A stretch of 64,000 nt of DNA, taken from the human T2T-CHM13v2.0 reference genome, Homo sapiens. This document shows, piece by piece, positions 1 through 28,406 of the stretch (its first letter is position 1; each line of letters opens with the position of its first letter). The stretch lies in NCBI RefSeq assembly GCF_009914755.1, contig NC_060947.1, one strand, 5' to 3'. The notes beneath the pieces were generated by a model. The model was not told the DNA's origin and did not search any database. It was given only the letters and a program-made list of their open reading frames with translations. Both the position numbers and the translations under genes were made by a program.

Positions 1-1050
<1,050 letters not shown>

Positions 1051-1270
1051 TTCTTCATCTTTTTTTAGTATTCATGATATGTTTCTGCATTGTTTGAATT
1101 TCTTTACAATTTAGCCATATATATTCATCATTTATCTCTCTGTGTGTACACTCAGCTCCTGGCTACGTCTTTGGACGTGTCTTCCTAAGGACTAGTATGA
1201 GAACATATGAGGTGTACACCTAGGAGTGGGGTTTCTGGTTCCTTGGGGTGCTCATTCTTGATTTCCTTGA

Positions 1271-1817
<547 letters not shown>

Positions 1818-3597
1818 TAGTGATCATTCAGCATATGATAGAGCCATTATAGTATTTATACAATAATGATAACAATAATTATTCTTTGTTTGCCAACATC
1901 TATCTTCAAATCAAAATAGTGAGATACTCAATTTCTCTATAAATAGACCAGCCTAGTTTTGATAATGCATATAATGAAACATTTAATTATGTATTGTACT
2001 TTTTAAAGATTATTTAGAGTATTTTTTATTTCAGTAGTTTTTGGGGAACAGGTGGTGTTTGGTTACATGCCTATGTTCTTTAGTGGTGATTTCTGAGATT
2101 TTGGTGTACCCATCACCGAGCAATGTACACTGCACCCATTGTGTAGTCTTTTATTCTTCACCCACCTCCCAACCTTCCCCTTGAGTCCCCAGAGTCCAAT
2201 ATATTATTCTTATCCTTTTGCACCCTCATAGCTTAGCTCCCACTTATAAGTGAGAATATAAAATGTTTGGGTTTCCATTTCTGAGTTACTTCATGTACAA
2301 TAATGGTCTCTAACTCCATCCAGGTTGCTGTGAGTGCAATTATTTCATTTTCTTAGGGCTGAGAAGTATTCCGTGGTATATATATATGTATATATAAATA
2401 TATCACATTTTCTTTATCCACTCGTGGGTTGATGGGCATTTAGGCTGGTTTCATAATTTTGTAACTGTGAATTGTGCTGCTATAAACATGTGTATGCAAG
2501 TGTTTTTTTCATATAATGACTCCTTGTTCTCTGGGTAGATACTACAGTAGTGGGATTGCTGGATCAAATGGTAGATGTACTTTTTGTTCTTTAAGAAATC
2601 TCCATATTGTTTTCCATAGTGGTTGTACTAGTTTACATTCCTACCAGCAGTGTAGAAGTGTTCCCTTTTCACCATATTCATGCCAGCATCTATTTTTTTT
2701 TTTATTTTTAAATTATGGCCATTCTTGCAGGAGTAAGGTGGTATCTCATTGTGTTTTTGATTTGCATTTCTCTGATAATTAGTGATTTTGAACTTTTTTT
2801 TAATGTTTGTTGGCCATTTGTGTATCTTCTTTTGAGAATTATCTATTCATGTCCTTAGCCCACTTTTTGATGGGGTTATTTGCTTTTTTCTTGCTTATTT
2901 GTTTTGAGTTCCTTGTAGATTCTGGATATTAGTCCCTTGTCAGATACATAGTTTATGAGTATTTTTTCCCACTTTGTGGATTTTCTGTTTACTCTGCTGA
3001 TTATTTCTTTTGCTGTGAAGAAGCTTTTTAGTTTAAGTCCAATCTATTTATTTTTGTTTTTGTTGCATTTGCTTTTGGGTTCTTGCTTATGAACTCTTTG
3101 CGTAGGCCAATGTCTAGAAGAATTTTTCCAAAGTTATCTTCTAGAAGTGATCAAAATATATACATTTAAAATAAACCATACAATTTTACTAGTAAGAAGC
3201 CTGTAGTTAAGTTTAATTCAAATTGAATTTCACAAGTTAGTAATCTAAATCCTTAGACAAAGTTACAGAAAGTGCATCTTCTTGTTTTCCATCTGCATAC
3301 AATGTTAAATTTTTCTCTTCGGTGTTTATACCATTTAAAAAATAAACACAGCCTAATACTTAAGCAATATGTACATTTAAATTTTTGGTGGTGGTTTGTA
3401 TTTTAAAATAAACAGCTTTCTTAGAATTTGCCTCAATTTCTGGTAGAAATGCTTACAGGAACTAGCTAATTAAAACTAAGAAAAGCACATTCAAAGTATT
3501 GATTTACTTTTAGCAAATGGTTGTTCTTTGAATACTAATGAAGATAGACAAGACCGATTAAGGTGAAGTGGGCTATTTCAAATATTCAACAGTTTAC

Positions 3598-3923
<326 letters not shown>

Positions 3924-3974
3924 TAAATATTAAAAAAAGTTTTTTTATCTTTGCCTAGAAACTGCTATTTTTTA

Positions 3975-4649
3975 AAAAATTTTATTATTATACTTTAAGT
4001 TTTAGGGTACATGTGCACAATGTGCAGGTTTGTTACATATGTATACATGTGCCATGTTGGTGTGCTGTACCCATTAACTCGCGATGTACATTAGGTATAT
4101 CTCCTAATGCTATCCCTCTCCCCTCCCCCAACCCCACAACAGGCCCTGGTGTGTGATATTCCCCTTCCTGTGTCCATGTGTTCTCATTGTTCAATTCCCA
4201 CCTATGAGTGAGAACATGCGGTGTTTGGTTTTTTGTCCTTGAGATAGTTTGCTGAGAATGATGATTTCCAGCTTCATCCATGTCCCTACAAAGGACATGA
4301 ACTCATCATTTTTTATGGCTGCATAGTATTCCATGGTGTATATGTGCCACATTTGCTTAATCTAGTCTACCATTGTTGGACATTTGGGTTGGTTCCAAGT
4401 CTTTCCTGTTGTGAATAGTGCCGCGATAAACATACGTGTGCATGTGTCTTTATAGCAGCATGATTTATAATCCTTTGGGTATATACCCAGTAATGGGATG
4501 GCTGGGTCAAATGGTATTTCTAGTTCTGGATCCCTGAGGAATTGCCACACTGACTTCCACAATGGTTGAACTAGTTTACAGTCCTACCAACAGTGTAAAA
4601 GTGTTGCTATTTCTCCATATCCTCTCCAGCACCTGTTGTTTCCTGACTT
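3975..4649 (-). mobile_element. 5'-truncated L1PA (L1PA4/5-like) 3' end
   Basis: L1 3'UTR plus ORF2 C-terminus ([31 protein letters not shown]). Confidence 0.92.
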
Positions 4650-5474
4650 AAAGTTTTTAAGAGCTAAGCTTCTGTATCCACTGACAGAAATGCAATACCT
4701 AGTTTATGATGACTTGAAACAAAACAAATACCCATAAGGAAAAAGCTGTATTTTATCTAAATTTACTTTCAGTCAATAGTTAAGTAGCGTTTTCCTCCCA
4801 GTACTATATATAAGGCTGTTCTTGGGAGCCAGACGGTTTAGGTAATAAGGTAGCCAAGAAGGTAACTGCTTGTAGTTATAAATCGACAATAACTTTTTGC
4901 TTTTCTCTTAATTTGCTAATAGTTGTGTCTAAAAAATGCAATTCTTAAAAAGGTATCATTTCTGATTTTGTTGTCATCTGTAACCTGTGGAAACTAACCA
5001 CATGAAACTACAATATTAGCAAATTTCTTGAAATCCATATAGAAAACATAAATTATCACTAATTTCAAACTCTGATTTATTAGTGTATCACTCAATCTTT
5101 AAAAAAAATGGAAAAGAAAAAGAAAAGCAGCTCCAAAGATAGTCTTATACCAGTCTTTAAAAAGGAAACTGTTTCATTTAACTTTACACCCACCCCACAC
5201 TGCAGTTTCAAAACAGAGTATTTAATTGTCGTAGTCATGGGCATTACACCAAGATGAGGTTTTATATTTTGCTCCCATAGCTTTTGGTTAACAAAAAACA
5301 CACGCTTCTTTTATTGAAGGAGTTTGGTCCAGCTGATGTTAATGTATTTCTTCCAATATTTTTAATCCTCATCTTTGCTTCTGGAGGCATTGCCTCAGGT
5401 TGACTACCTTCATCTTCATTAAAACCTGCTGCTACCAAAAGAATTTTTGAAGCAAGAGTTGGAACAGGTTCTTT

Positions 5475-6085
5475 TTTTTTTCTTTTATTATTATACTTTA
5501 AGTTTTAGGGTACATGTGCACATTGTGCAGGTTAGTTGCATATGTATACGTGTGCCATGCTGGTGCGCTGCACCCACTAACTCGTCATCTAGCATTAGGT
5601 ATATCTCCCAATGCTATCCCTCCCCCTTCCCCCCACCCCACAACAGTCCCCAGAGTGTGATGTTCCCCTTCCTGTGTCCATGTGTTCTCATTGTTCAATT
5701 CCCACCTATGAGTGAGAACATGCGGTGTTTGGTTTTTTGTTCTTGCGATAGTTTACTGAGAATGATGATTTCCAATTTCATCCATGTCCCTACAAAGGAC
5801 ATGAACTCATCATTTTTTATGGCTGCATAGTATTCCATGGTGTATATGTGCCACATTTTCTTAATCCAGTCTATCATTGTTGGACATTTGGGTTGGTTCC
5901 AAGTCTTTGCTATTGTGAATAATGCCGCAATAAACATACGTGTGCATGTGTCTTTATAGCAGCATGATTTATAGTCCTTTGGGTATATACCCAGTAATGG
6001 GATGGCTGGGTCAAATGGTATTTCTAGTTCTAGATCTCTGAGGAATCGCCACACTGACTTCCACAATGGTTGAACTAGTTACACA
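5475..6085 (-). mobile_element. 5'-truncated young L1PA2/3-type insertion splitting the PCNP CDS
   Basis: ORF2 C-terminus ending ...HRMFSLIGGN. Perfect 13-bp TSD gaacaggttcttt at 5462-5474 and 6086-6098. Confidence 0.96.
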
Positions 6086-7566
6086 GAACAGGTTCTTTAG
6101 GCTTACTTAATCTAAGTTTGATGGATATGGCTGATGCTTTCTTTGTCATGTGACTACCTGTGGTAGATCTAAACTTGATCTTTGTAGGCTTTGTTGGGAG
6201 GACTGCTGCTTCTTTTTCGGCTGATGGCTTCTCAGTGCTGCGACCAGAAGTTTTCCCTCCATTACTGGAATAAACAGCCTTAGTTTTCACCGTTTTTTCC
6301 ACTTCTTCTTCAGGTCCTCCAGTGGCTCCAGCTCACTGCATCTTTTCAGCCTTCTCCTTCCCACCTTCCCATCTGCCATTTTGTGTGCCGTGGACTACCC
6401 TGCAACCAAGCCAAGCTCTTTCAGACTTTTTGCCGTAGGCATTTAATGCTATGAAGTTTCCTCTTAGCACCACTTCTGCTGTATCTCAGATGTTTTGATA
6501 GGTTGTGTCACTATTATCATTCCGTTCAAAGGATTTTTAAATTTCTATCTTAATTTTATTGTTGATCCAAAGATTATTCAGGAGCAGATTATTTAATTTC
6601 CACATATTTGTAAAGTTTTGAACATTCCTTTTTGTATTGGCTTCCAATTTTTTTCCACTGTGGTCAGCAAGAGTACTGATATAATTTTGATACTCTTAAA
6701 TTTATTGAGACTTTTTTGTTGCCTATCTTATGGTCTATCTTGGAAAGTGTTCCATGTTCTGATAAAAAGATTATATATTCTGCAGTTGTTGGGTAGAATG
6801 TTCTGTAAATGTCTGTTAAGTTGATTTGTTCTAAGGGTATAGCTTAAGTCAATTGTTTCTTATTTGACTTTCTGTCTTGATGACCTGTCCAGTGCTGTCA
6901 GTGGAGTATTAGTTTCCCACTATTACTGTGTTGCCATCTGTCTCATTTCTTAGGCCTAGTAGTAACTGTTTTATTGTTTTTTAAAATTGTTTTATTAATT
7001 TGGGAGCTCCAGTGTTAGGTGCATATATATTGTGATATTTTCCTGTTGGCTAATTCTTTCATCATTATACAATGTCTCTCTCTGTCTTTTTAAACTGTTG
7101 AGGCTTTAAAATCTATTTTGTCTGGTATAAGAATAGCTACTCCTGCTTGCTTTTGGTTTTCATTTGCATTGAATATCTCTTTCCACCCCTTTACCTTATG
7201 TTTATGTGAGGCCATATGTGTTAGGTGAGTTTCTTGAAGACAGCAGATACTTTGTTGGTAGATTTTTATCCATTATGTCATTCTGTATCTTCTAAGCGAA
7301 GCGTTTAGGCAACTTACATATAACATTAGTATTGAGATGTGAGGTACCATTCTATTCATTGTGCTACTTGCTGCCTGAATATCTTTTTTTCCTTGTGTAA
7401 TGGTTTATAGGCCCTGTGAGATTTATGCTTTAAGGAGGTTCTATTTTGCTGTATTTCAAGGTTTTGTTTCAAGATTTAGAACTCCGTTTAGCATTTCTTG
7501 TAGTGCTGGCTTGATAGTGGCAAATTCTCTAAGCATTTGTTTGTCTGAGAAAGACTTTATCTTTTC

Positions 7567-10436
<2,870 letters not shown>

Positions 10437-12977
10437 CCTTCACTTATGAAGCTTAATTTTGCTGAATACAAAATTCTTGGCTAATAATTACTTTGTTTAA
10501 GAAACCTAAAGATAGGACCCCAATCCTTTCTGGCTTCTAGGGTTTCTGCTTACAAATCTGTAGTTAGTCTGACAGATTTTCTTTTATAGGTTACCTGATG
10601 CTTTTGTCTCACCGCTCTTAATATTCTTTCCTTCATCTTGACTTTAGATAACCTGATGACTATGTTCCTAGGTGATAATCTTTTTGCAATAAATTTTCCA
10701 GGTGTTCTTTGGGCTTCTTATATTTGGATGTCTAGATCTCTAGCATGACGAGGGAAGTTTTCCTTGATTATTCCCTGAAATAAGTTTTCCAAACTTTTAG
10801 ATTTCTTTTCTTTCTCAGGAAGAACAATTGTTTTCATGTTTGATTATTTAACATAATCCCAAATTTCTGGGAGGCTTTATTCATTTTTAATTTTTTTCTT
10901 TGTCTTTGATAGATTGGGTTAATTCAGATGCCTTTTCTTTGAGCTGTGAAATTCTTCTATTCATTTAATTATATTTTTTTAACATTTTCAGTGTATTTTG
11001 CATTTCTCTAAGTGTGTCTTTCACTTCCAGAAGTTGTGATTATCTTGTCTTTATGATAGCCGTTTCTCTGGAGGCTTTTTTATCTATATCCTATATTTTT
11101 AAAAACATTCTCTAAGTTGGTTTTCACTTTTCTCTGGTGCCTCCTTGAGTAGCTTAATAGTCATCCTTCTGAATTCTTTGGCAATTCAGATTTTTTTTCC
11201 TTGGTTGGGATCCATTGCTGGAGAGCTAGTGTGATCTTTTGGTGTTGTTATAGAACCTAGTTTTGTCATATTACCAGAATTACTTTTCTGGTTTCTTCTC
11301 ATTTGGGTAGACTGTTTTGGTTGAAAAATCTGGAACTCAAGGGATGCTGTTCAGATTTTTTTGTCCCATGGGGTGATCTTTGATGTGGTGCTATCCCCCT
11401 TCACCTAGGGATAGGACTTCCTGAGAGCCAGACTGCAGTGATTGTGATTGCCCTCCTGGGTCTAAACACCCAGCAGGGCTACCTGACTTTTGGCTGGTGC
11501 TGAGGAATGTCTGCAAAAAGTCCTGTGATGTGACTCATCTTCAATCTCCCAGCTGTGGATACCAGCACCTGGTCCAGTGCTACAGTAGTAGCTCAGGAGT
11601 GTAGTGGACTCTGAGCGTCCTTGGTTGTAGTTTTGTTTAGTGCACCAGTTTTCTCAAATGCTTGTCATGCTGACAGTGAAGTTATGACATGGATGGATTC
11701 AGGACATCTGATTAGCCAGGGTGTTGCAGGCGGGGGAATTAGCTGTTGTTTTCTCCTTTGGAGCAGAGGTGTTCTGTTAGGAGTTGCTGTAATGGCTTGA
11801 GTTGGTTGGCCTCCAGCCAGGAGGTGGTGCTTTCAAGGACCACTAGCTGTGGTCGTAGAAGGAGGATACAATCTTGCCCTACATTGGCCAGGACAAATAC
11901 TCCAGTTTCTTGGGTGATGGGTACAGTCATGGAACTCCCAAGAGCTTATGTCTTTTTCCTTTGGCTGCCAGAGTGCATAGAGAAAAACCATCAGGTGGGT
12001 GCAGGGTTAGACGGGTCTGAGCTCAGACTCTCCTTAAGTGGGGCTTGCTGTGGCCACTGTTGGAGATGTAGGGTGGTTATCAGGCCAATGAAGTTATGTT
12101 CCCAGGGGAATTATGGCTACCTCTACTGCATCATGCAGGTCACCAGAGAAGTGGGGAAAAGCCGGCAGTGACAGGCCTTCACCCAGCTTTCATGTAATCA
12201 GCAAAGCCAATCTCATTCCTGCTGTGCCCCACCAACAGCACTGAGTTTACATCCAGGCAACTGGTGAGCAGGGCAGGGACATTACCCCAGGCTTCAAGCA
12301 TCCCCCTTGAGAAAGCAAGCAGGGTTCTCAGGCCTCATCCCTCCCTTCCTGCCTGCACCTTCAGCTGAGGCTTCTGTGCTTGTATGTGCACTTCTGGTTT
12401 GCCCCTGCCCCACCCCCCCACCCCCGCCACCCAGATTCTTCTCAGGAAAATTTGTGCTCAATAGAAATTATTACAAGCTTCAGCTATGAGCTTCCTTCAC
12501 CCTGTGAGCCCTGCTCAATTCTTTCTGGCTGCTTTTCCTTCCCCAAGGACCTCTGTTAGATAAGGAATGGCTTCCCTAAGCTTGAGCTGGGGACCAAGAG
12601 TGCCTACAGGTTTCTTCCTGCTCCTCCTTCTACTTTCGTATTTTGCTCAGCTCTCTAAATCCACTTCAGCTCTAGGTAAGGTTAAATCCTTCTCCCAGAT
12701 CTGGATTTTAAGGTTTCTCAGTGGTTATGTGTGTTCGGAGGCAGACTTCCTTTCTCTCACTTTGGGAACTCATAATTTTTTGGCTGTCTTACAGAGTTTT
12801 CAGCAGCAAGCTGCTTCTTTCAAAGGGGCTGTGAATTATTTTGATCTTCCTGGTGTGTTCCTGTGGTGGTTCTTGGAGCAAAAGTTTACAGTGTGAATCT
12901 TCAGACACTGTTCTGTTCATCCAAGCGAGAGCTGCACTCTGGTTCTGTCTTCTATCTGCCATTTTTTAACCACCTCC

Positions 12978-15945
12978 TGTTTTTTCTTTAAAATATCTAT
13001 CTCTTTAGACATTTTTCATTTATATCCCAAATTATTCTTAATTTTTTTTATGTTGGTGTTCACCTTTCTTTTGTATCTTCATGAGTAACTTAATCATTAA
13101 CTTTTTGCATTCTTTATCTGACATTTCAAGGATTTTATCTTGGTTTGGATCCATTGCTGGAGAGCTAGTGTGGTATTTTTGGGACCTTATAGAACCCTGT
13201 TTTTTCATTTTGCCAGAATTAGTTTTTGGCTTCTTCTCATTTTGATAAACTGTTTCTTCTGTTTTGAATTTATTTTTTTATTTGACTACATTTTTAGAAA
13301 TTTCTTTTTTTCTCCTTAGGGATATGACTTAAATGTTTATGGTTCATTGTAACCTAATTTGACTCTGGATGCTTTTAGTGGTGAAGACTCTGTATGAGTT
13401 CCTTGGTTACAGAGAGTCTTTGTATGATGGCTTTCTCAGAAGCTGGTTATAGTAGCGATATACTTGGTGTGTGAGCAGGTTCACTGTCTCTTCTGGGGTT
13501 TGAAAGGCAGAAGTCTCATGAAGTTTATCTTGCTCCCAGTGGTGTGCACTGTTATTTATTTGTTTTTCTTTCCAGTATTTTTTTCTCTCATTTGAACAGT
13601 TCAGGCTTCAGGCCAGTAAGCAGTGTCTATGGGTAAAAACTGTGCATGGCTAAGGCAAATGGGTAAATACAATACCTAAAGTTGCACAGAGGTCCCAGCC
13701 TTGATAGAAGTGGCTGTGGGAGCTCTCAGTGAAACATACTGTCTTTTCAGGGGGAAGGGAGGGAGCCACCTCAGCTCCCCTGCCAGGCCAGCAGGAAAGC
13801 GATCTACCTCCAAGTCACAGTCCTGACCCAGTGTTCCAGCTATACAGATTAGACAGGCACCCTTTTCACTAGCAGAAATGCTGATGTTTCACATAGAAAA
13901 GGATCGTTACTCTACCCTTCATGCAAGCCTGAACCTGGAGGGTGCTCCTCCTCTGGGGATGCAGTCACCCTGAAGTTCTCTAGAAAGGCTGTCTACAGGT
14001 TTACCCACCACTGAGCTCTTATGGGAGAAGCCTCAGCTATGTCAGCATTGGTGGGCAAGGGGAAGAAGTCACCTTCTCTAGCACCCTTCACAAGTACCAG
14101 GGCTGCTTGTTTGGGTAGAGCCACAGACTTTCTCCACTGAGTCTAGTACTGCTCCTGTGCCTGTGCTTAAAGAAACTTTTCACAAGCAGAAAGTTCTGGA
14201 ACTCAAAGCCAGCTGTCTGGATTCTTTTGTCCCACAGGGTACTTTTTTGATGTGGTACACTCTCCCCTCCCCTAGGAGTAAGAGTCCCTGAGGGATGAGC
14301 TACTGTGAATCATGCTGCTCTTCTGGGCCTACCCACCTAGTGGAACTGCCACACTTAGGGATGGTGCTGGGGCATGTCTGCAAGGGATCCAGTGATGTGA
14401 CATTTCCTCAAGTCTCCCAGCAGCAGGTATCAGCACCAACTCTCACTCTCCTGTCACTGCCATCAGTTAGATTTCCTTGGTTATAGATAGTCTTAGTGTG
14501 TTGGCTTTCTCAAGTGCCAGTTGTAGTAGTAATGAGCTAGTCATGTGGACAGACTCAAGACTTCCTGGTTAACCAGGGTGCTGCAAGCAATGGTGATAGC
14601 TGAGGTCTTATACAAGTTTTCTTGTTCCTGGACACTGTGTTACTTTGCTTACATATACTGTATTGGACCATATTGATTGGCCTCCAGCCAGGAGGTGGTG
14701 CTTATAAGAGAGCACCAGCTGCAGTGGTGGCAGTGGGAATTGTGCCTGCCTTATATTACCCAGGGAAGGTAATCTGGTGTCTCAGACAATGAGCAGGGCC
14801 ATAGAGCTCCCAAAAGTTTCTGTGTTTTGTACTAAGCTACCAGGGCAGGTGGAAGGGCAAAGCCAAGTGGGGGTTGAGTCAGTCAAGTCTGCACTCTGAC
14901 TCCCCATGTGCAGTTGTAAGCAGCAGCCCCAGTGGGGATCAGATGGCAATTATTTGGTCACTGATATAATGTTCCATGGAGGAGTACAGCTGCTTCCGCT
15001 GCACGGAAGAATCTGCATTTAGGGGAGGGAGTAGCAGGGAGCAGTAAGCCCCACCCAGCTCCCACACAATTGGCAAGGCATGTTTCACACACCACAGTGT
15101 TCCACTAGGAGCAGCTAGATAGATTCTAGGCAGTCTACACTCAGAACTCAAAACTGCCCCAGGCCATAAGTCTTCTCCCTCAAGACAGAAACCATGGCTT
15201 TCAGGCCAGGGCCCACCCACTCCACACTTGCACCTGTGGCTATAGCACTCTTCCTCCTTGCCCCTCGGTTCTGGTTAAGGGGGTTTGTCCCACTCGAGAT
15301 TATATTATGAATCTCAGTTGGGAGCTTCTATCAACCTGGGACTGCCATCTGAGTTATCCAGCTGACTTGTGCAAGGTCCCCTATGAGGTAGGATCAGGAA
15401 TGGCTTCCCTCCATTCTTTCTGGAGTCTGGGAGTGCATGCAAAGTACATGCTGATGCTGCTCCTCCTCATGTACTCTCACCGCTCACAGCTCCAGAACTG
15501 GATAGGGTTAAGGCCTTCCACTGTGGGCTGTTTGCCAGGTTCCCCAGTGGAGACTATATCTTGGAGGCAGTCTCTCCCCTTATTGCACTCTGAGGACTTA
15601 ATAGCTTTCTGCCTGGCTCACGGTGTAGGCTGCAGCCCGCTGCTTCTTTCAAAGGATCTGTGGTTTCTTTCTGTTTCCCTGTTAAGTTCCTGTGTTGCTT
15701 CTTGGAAAAAAGTTCACAGCTTGTTGCTACATAACCATGTTGGTTGGCCTCCAGCCAGGATGTGGTGCTTGTAAGAGAGCACCAACTGCAGTGGTAGCAG
15801 TGGGAATTGTGCCTGCCTTATATTACCCAGGGAAGGTAATCTGGTGTCTCAGGCAATGAGCAGGGCCATAGAGCTCCCAAAAGTTCTGTGTTTTGTGTTA
15901 AGCTACCAGGGCAGGTGGAAGTGCAAAGCCAAGTGGGAGCTGACA
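12978..15945 (-). mobile_element. 5' part (ORF1 start and long 5'UTR) of an old L1PB/L1MA-like element
   Basis: Shares motifs with the 5' region at 11200-12900 (ggatccattgctggagagctagtgtg, ggcctccagccaggaggtggtgct, aaaagttcacag). Confidence 0.65.
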
Positions 15946-16098
15946 GTGTTTTGTGAGGGTTATCCATGTAGTTCATTCTTTTCATGGCTGAATAACATTT
16001 GACTGTATGGATATACTACATTTTGTTGTAGTTTGGTAGACATGTGGGTTGTTTCTACTTTTTTGGCTATGTACATTGTGTGTATGTCTTTTGTGTGA

Positions 16099-21067
<4,969 letters not shown>

Positions 21068-21069
21068 TA

Positions 21070-21452
21070 GTTTACAGTATAGTATTGTTAACAATGCTGT
21101 ACATTAGATCTCCAAAACTTATTTATCTCAGATAAATAAAACTTTGTACACTTTGACCATTTCCCCATTTCCCACTCCACGCCTGCTGCCCACCCCCCAA
21201 CCCTGGCCCCACCAAGCCCCCTGGAAATCACCATTCTACTTTTTGCTTCTATGAGTTTGGCTATCTTTAGATTCCACATATAAGTGATTGTGCAATATTC
21301 ACTTATATATGTTGTTTTGAGCCTGGCTTATTTCACTTACCGTGTTGTACAGGTTCATCCATGTTGTTGGGAATGGCAGGAGTTTCTTCTTTATAAGGCT
21401 GAGAATATTTCTACTATACACACATACACTCACACACAAATACATATATATG

Positions 21453-21490
<38 letters not shown>

Positions 21491-22801
21491 ACATTTTTTT
21501 AATCCATTCGTCTGTTATGGACATGTATATTGTTTTCATATCTCGACTATTGTGAATAATGCTGCAGTGAGCATAGGAATGCAGATATCTCTTTGAGGTG
21601 CTGATTTCACTTCCTTTGAGTATGTACCCAGAAGAGGAATTGCTGGGTCAAATGATAGTTCTATTTTTATTTATTTGACGAGCCTCTATGCTGTTTTCTG
21701 TAATGGCTTACCAATTTACATTTTTATCAACAACGTATGAATGTTTCATTTTTTCCACATCCTCACCAATGCTTATTATATTTTGACTTTTTGGTAATAT
21801 TTATTTTAACAGGTATGAGGTGATATCTCATGAATATTTGATTTGCATTTTCATATACCTGTTGCCTATTTGTATGTCTTCTTTGGAAAAATGTCTATTC
21901 AAGTTTTTTGCCCATTTTTAATCTGGTTTTCCTTATTTGCTTTTGAGTTGTGTGAGTTCCTTATATATTTTGGATATTAACACTTTACCAGATGTATAGT
22001 TTCCAAACAGTTTCTCCCATTCTGTAAACTGCCGTTTCACTGTGTTATTTCCTTTGCAGTGCAGAAGCTTTTTAGGTGGATGTAATCCCACTTGTTTATT
22101 TTACTTTTATTCTCACTGTTTTTGTGTCCGATCCAAGAAATAACTGTGAAGACCAATGTCACGGAGCTTTCACCAGAATTTTATGTTTTCATTTTTTATG
22201 TTTAAGTCTTTAATCCATTTTGAATTGTTTTTGGTGAATGGTGTAAGATAAGTGTTCAATCTAATTATTTTGCATGGAGATAATCTAGATTTCCTATACC
22301 TCATCTTAGCCAAAAGGCTGAAAAGCAATATATTAAGTTTTTCTAATACAGTGTATTGAGACTGTTCTTTGAACATTTTGTATTCTTGGCAATCTTGTGG
22401 AAGAGCAGTTGGCTGTGTATTTATGGGTTTATTTCTGGGCTCCCTATGTTTTTCCATTGTTCTTTGTGTCTGTTTTTATGGCAGTATCATACTGTTTTTA
22501 TTACTATAGATTTGTAATATACTTTGAAATTTGAAATCAAGAAGTGTGAGGCCAGATTTGATATACTTTTTCAAGATCATTTTGGCTATTCAGAGTCTTT
22601 TGTAGTTTCATATGACGACTAAGATTGGTTTTTCTCTTTCTGTGAAAAATGCCATTGGAATTTTGATGGGGAACACGAATTTGTAAACATCTTAAGGTGG
22701 TATGGACAGTTTAACAGCATTAATTCTTACATTTCATGGATATGGAATATCTTGTGATTTATTTGTGCCTGCTTTAATTTCTTCATTGTTTTGTAGTTTT
22801 C
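21070..22801 (-). mobile_element. Old L1MA 3' region (host of the tandem L1s), containing a (CA)n at ~21456-21487
   Basis: L1MA-type 3'UTR (gctgtacattagatctccaaaacttatt) and degenerate ORF2. Resumes at 28874-28928. Confidence 0.75.
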
Positions 22802-23053
22802 TTTATTTTTATTTTTATTTTTTTTTATTTTTTTTTCTTCTTTTTTTTATTATACTTTAAGTTTTAGGGTACATGTGCACATTGTGCAGGTTAGTTACAT
22901 ATGTATACATGTGCCATGCTGGTGTGCTGCACCCACTAACTCGTCATCTAGCATTAGGTATATCTCCCAATGCTATCCCTCCCCCTTCCCCCCACCCCAC
23001 CACAGTCCCCAGAGTGTGATATTCCCATTCCTGTGTCCATGTGATCTCATTGT

Positions 23054-26751
<3,698 letters not shown>

Positions 26752-28406
26752 TTACGGAATACAGCACACTGATGGGTCTTGACTCTATCCAATTTGCCAG
26801 TCTGTGTCTTTTAATTGGAGCATTTAGTCCATTTACATTTAAAGTTAATATTGTTATGTGTGAATTTGATCCTGTCATTATGATGTTAGCTGGTGATTTT
26901 GCTGATTAGTTGATGCAGTTTCTTCCTAGTCTTGATGGTCTTTACATTTTGGCATGATTTTGCAGCGGCTGGTACCGGTTGTTCCTTTCCATGTTTAGCG
27001 CTTCCTTCAGGAGCTCTTTTAGGGCAGGCCTGGTGGTGACAAAATCTCTCAGCATTTGCTTGTCTGTAAAGTATTTTATTTCTCCTTCACTTGTGAAGCT
27101 TAGTTTGCCTGGATATGAAATTCTGGGTTGAAAATTCTTTTCTTTAGGAATGTTGAATATTGGCCCCCACTCTCTTCTGGCTTGTAGGGTTTCTGCCGAG
27201 AGATCTGCTGTTAGTCTGGTGGGCTTCCCTTTGAGGGTAACCCGACCTTTCTCTCTGGCTGCCCTTAATATTTTTTCCTTCATTTCAACTTTGGTGAATC
27301 TGACCATTATTTGTCTTGGAGTTGCTCTTCTCGAGGAGTATCTTTGTGGCGTTCTCTGTATTTCCTGAATCTGAACTTTGACCTGCCTTGCTAGATTGGG
27401 GAAGTTCTCCTGGATGATATCCTGCAGAGTGTTTTCCAACTTGGTTCCATTCTCCCCATCACTTTGAGGTACACCAATCAGACGTAGATTTGGTCTTTTC
27501 ACATAGTCCCATATTTCTTGGAGGCTTTGTTCATTTCTTTTTATTCTTTTTTCTCTAAACTTCCCTTCTCGCTTCATTTCATTCATTTCGTCATCCATCG
27601 CTGATACCCTGTCTTCCAGTTGATCGCATCGGCTCCTGAGGCTTCTGCATTCTTCACGTAGTTCTCGAGCCTTGGTTTTCAGCTCCATCAGCTCCTTTAA
27701 GCACTTCTCTGTATTGGTTATTCTAATTATACATTCTTCTAAATTTTTAACAAAGTTTTCAACTTCTTTGCCTTTGGTTTGAATGTCCTCCCGTAGCTCA
27801 GAGTAATTTCATCATCTGAAGCCTTCTTCTCTCAGCTCGTCAAAGTCATTCTCCATCCAGATTTGTTCCGTTGCTGGTGAGGAACTGCGTTCCTTTGGAG
27901 GAGAGGCACTCTGCGTTTTAGAGTTTCCAGTTTTTCTGTTCTGTTTTTTCCCCATCTTTGTGGTTTTATCTACTTTTGGTCTTTGATGATGGTGATGTAC
28001 AGATGGGTTTTTGGTGTGGATGTCCTTTCTGTTTGTTAGTTTTCCTTCTAACAGACAGGACCCTCAGCTGCAGGTCTGTTGGAATACCCTGCCATGTGAG
28101 GTGTCAGTGTGCCCCTGCTGGGGGGTGCCTCCCAGTTAGGCTGCTCGGGGGTCAGGGGTCAGGGACCCACTTGAGGAGACAGTCTGCCCGTTCTCAGATC
28201 TCCAGCTGTGTGCTGGGAGAACCACTGCTCTCTTCAAAGCTGTCAGACAGGGACATTTAAGTCTGCAGAGGTTACTGCTGTCTTTTTGTTTGTGCCCTGC
28301 CCCCAAAGGTGGAGCCTACAGAGGCAGGCAGGCCTCCTTGGGCTGTGGTGGGCTCCACCCAGTTCGAGCTTCTGGGCTGCTTTGTTTACCTAAGCAAGCC
28401 TGCGCA

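Noticed and set aside
3935-3980. Possible ~25-bp 3' transduction after the L1 at 3975
   Set aside because: The candidate TSD is low-complexity A/T, and the segment could simply be PCNP UTR.
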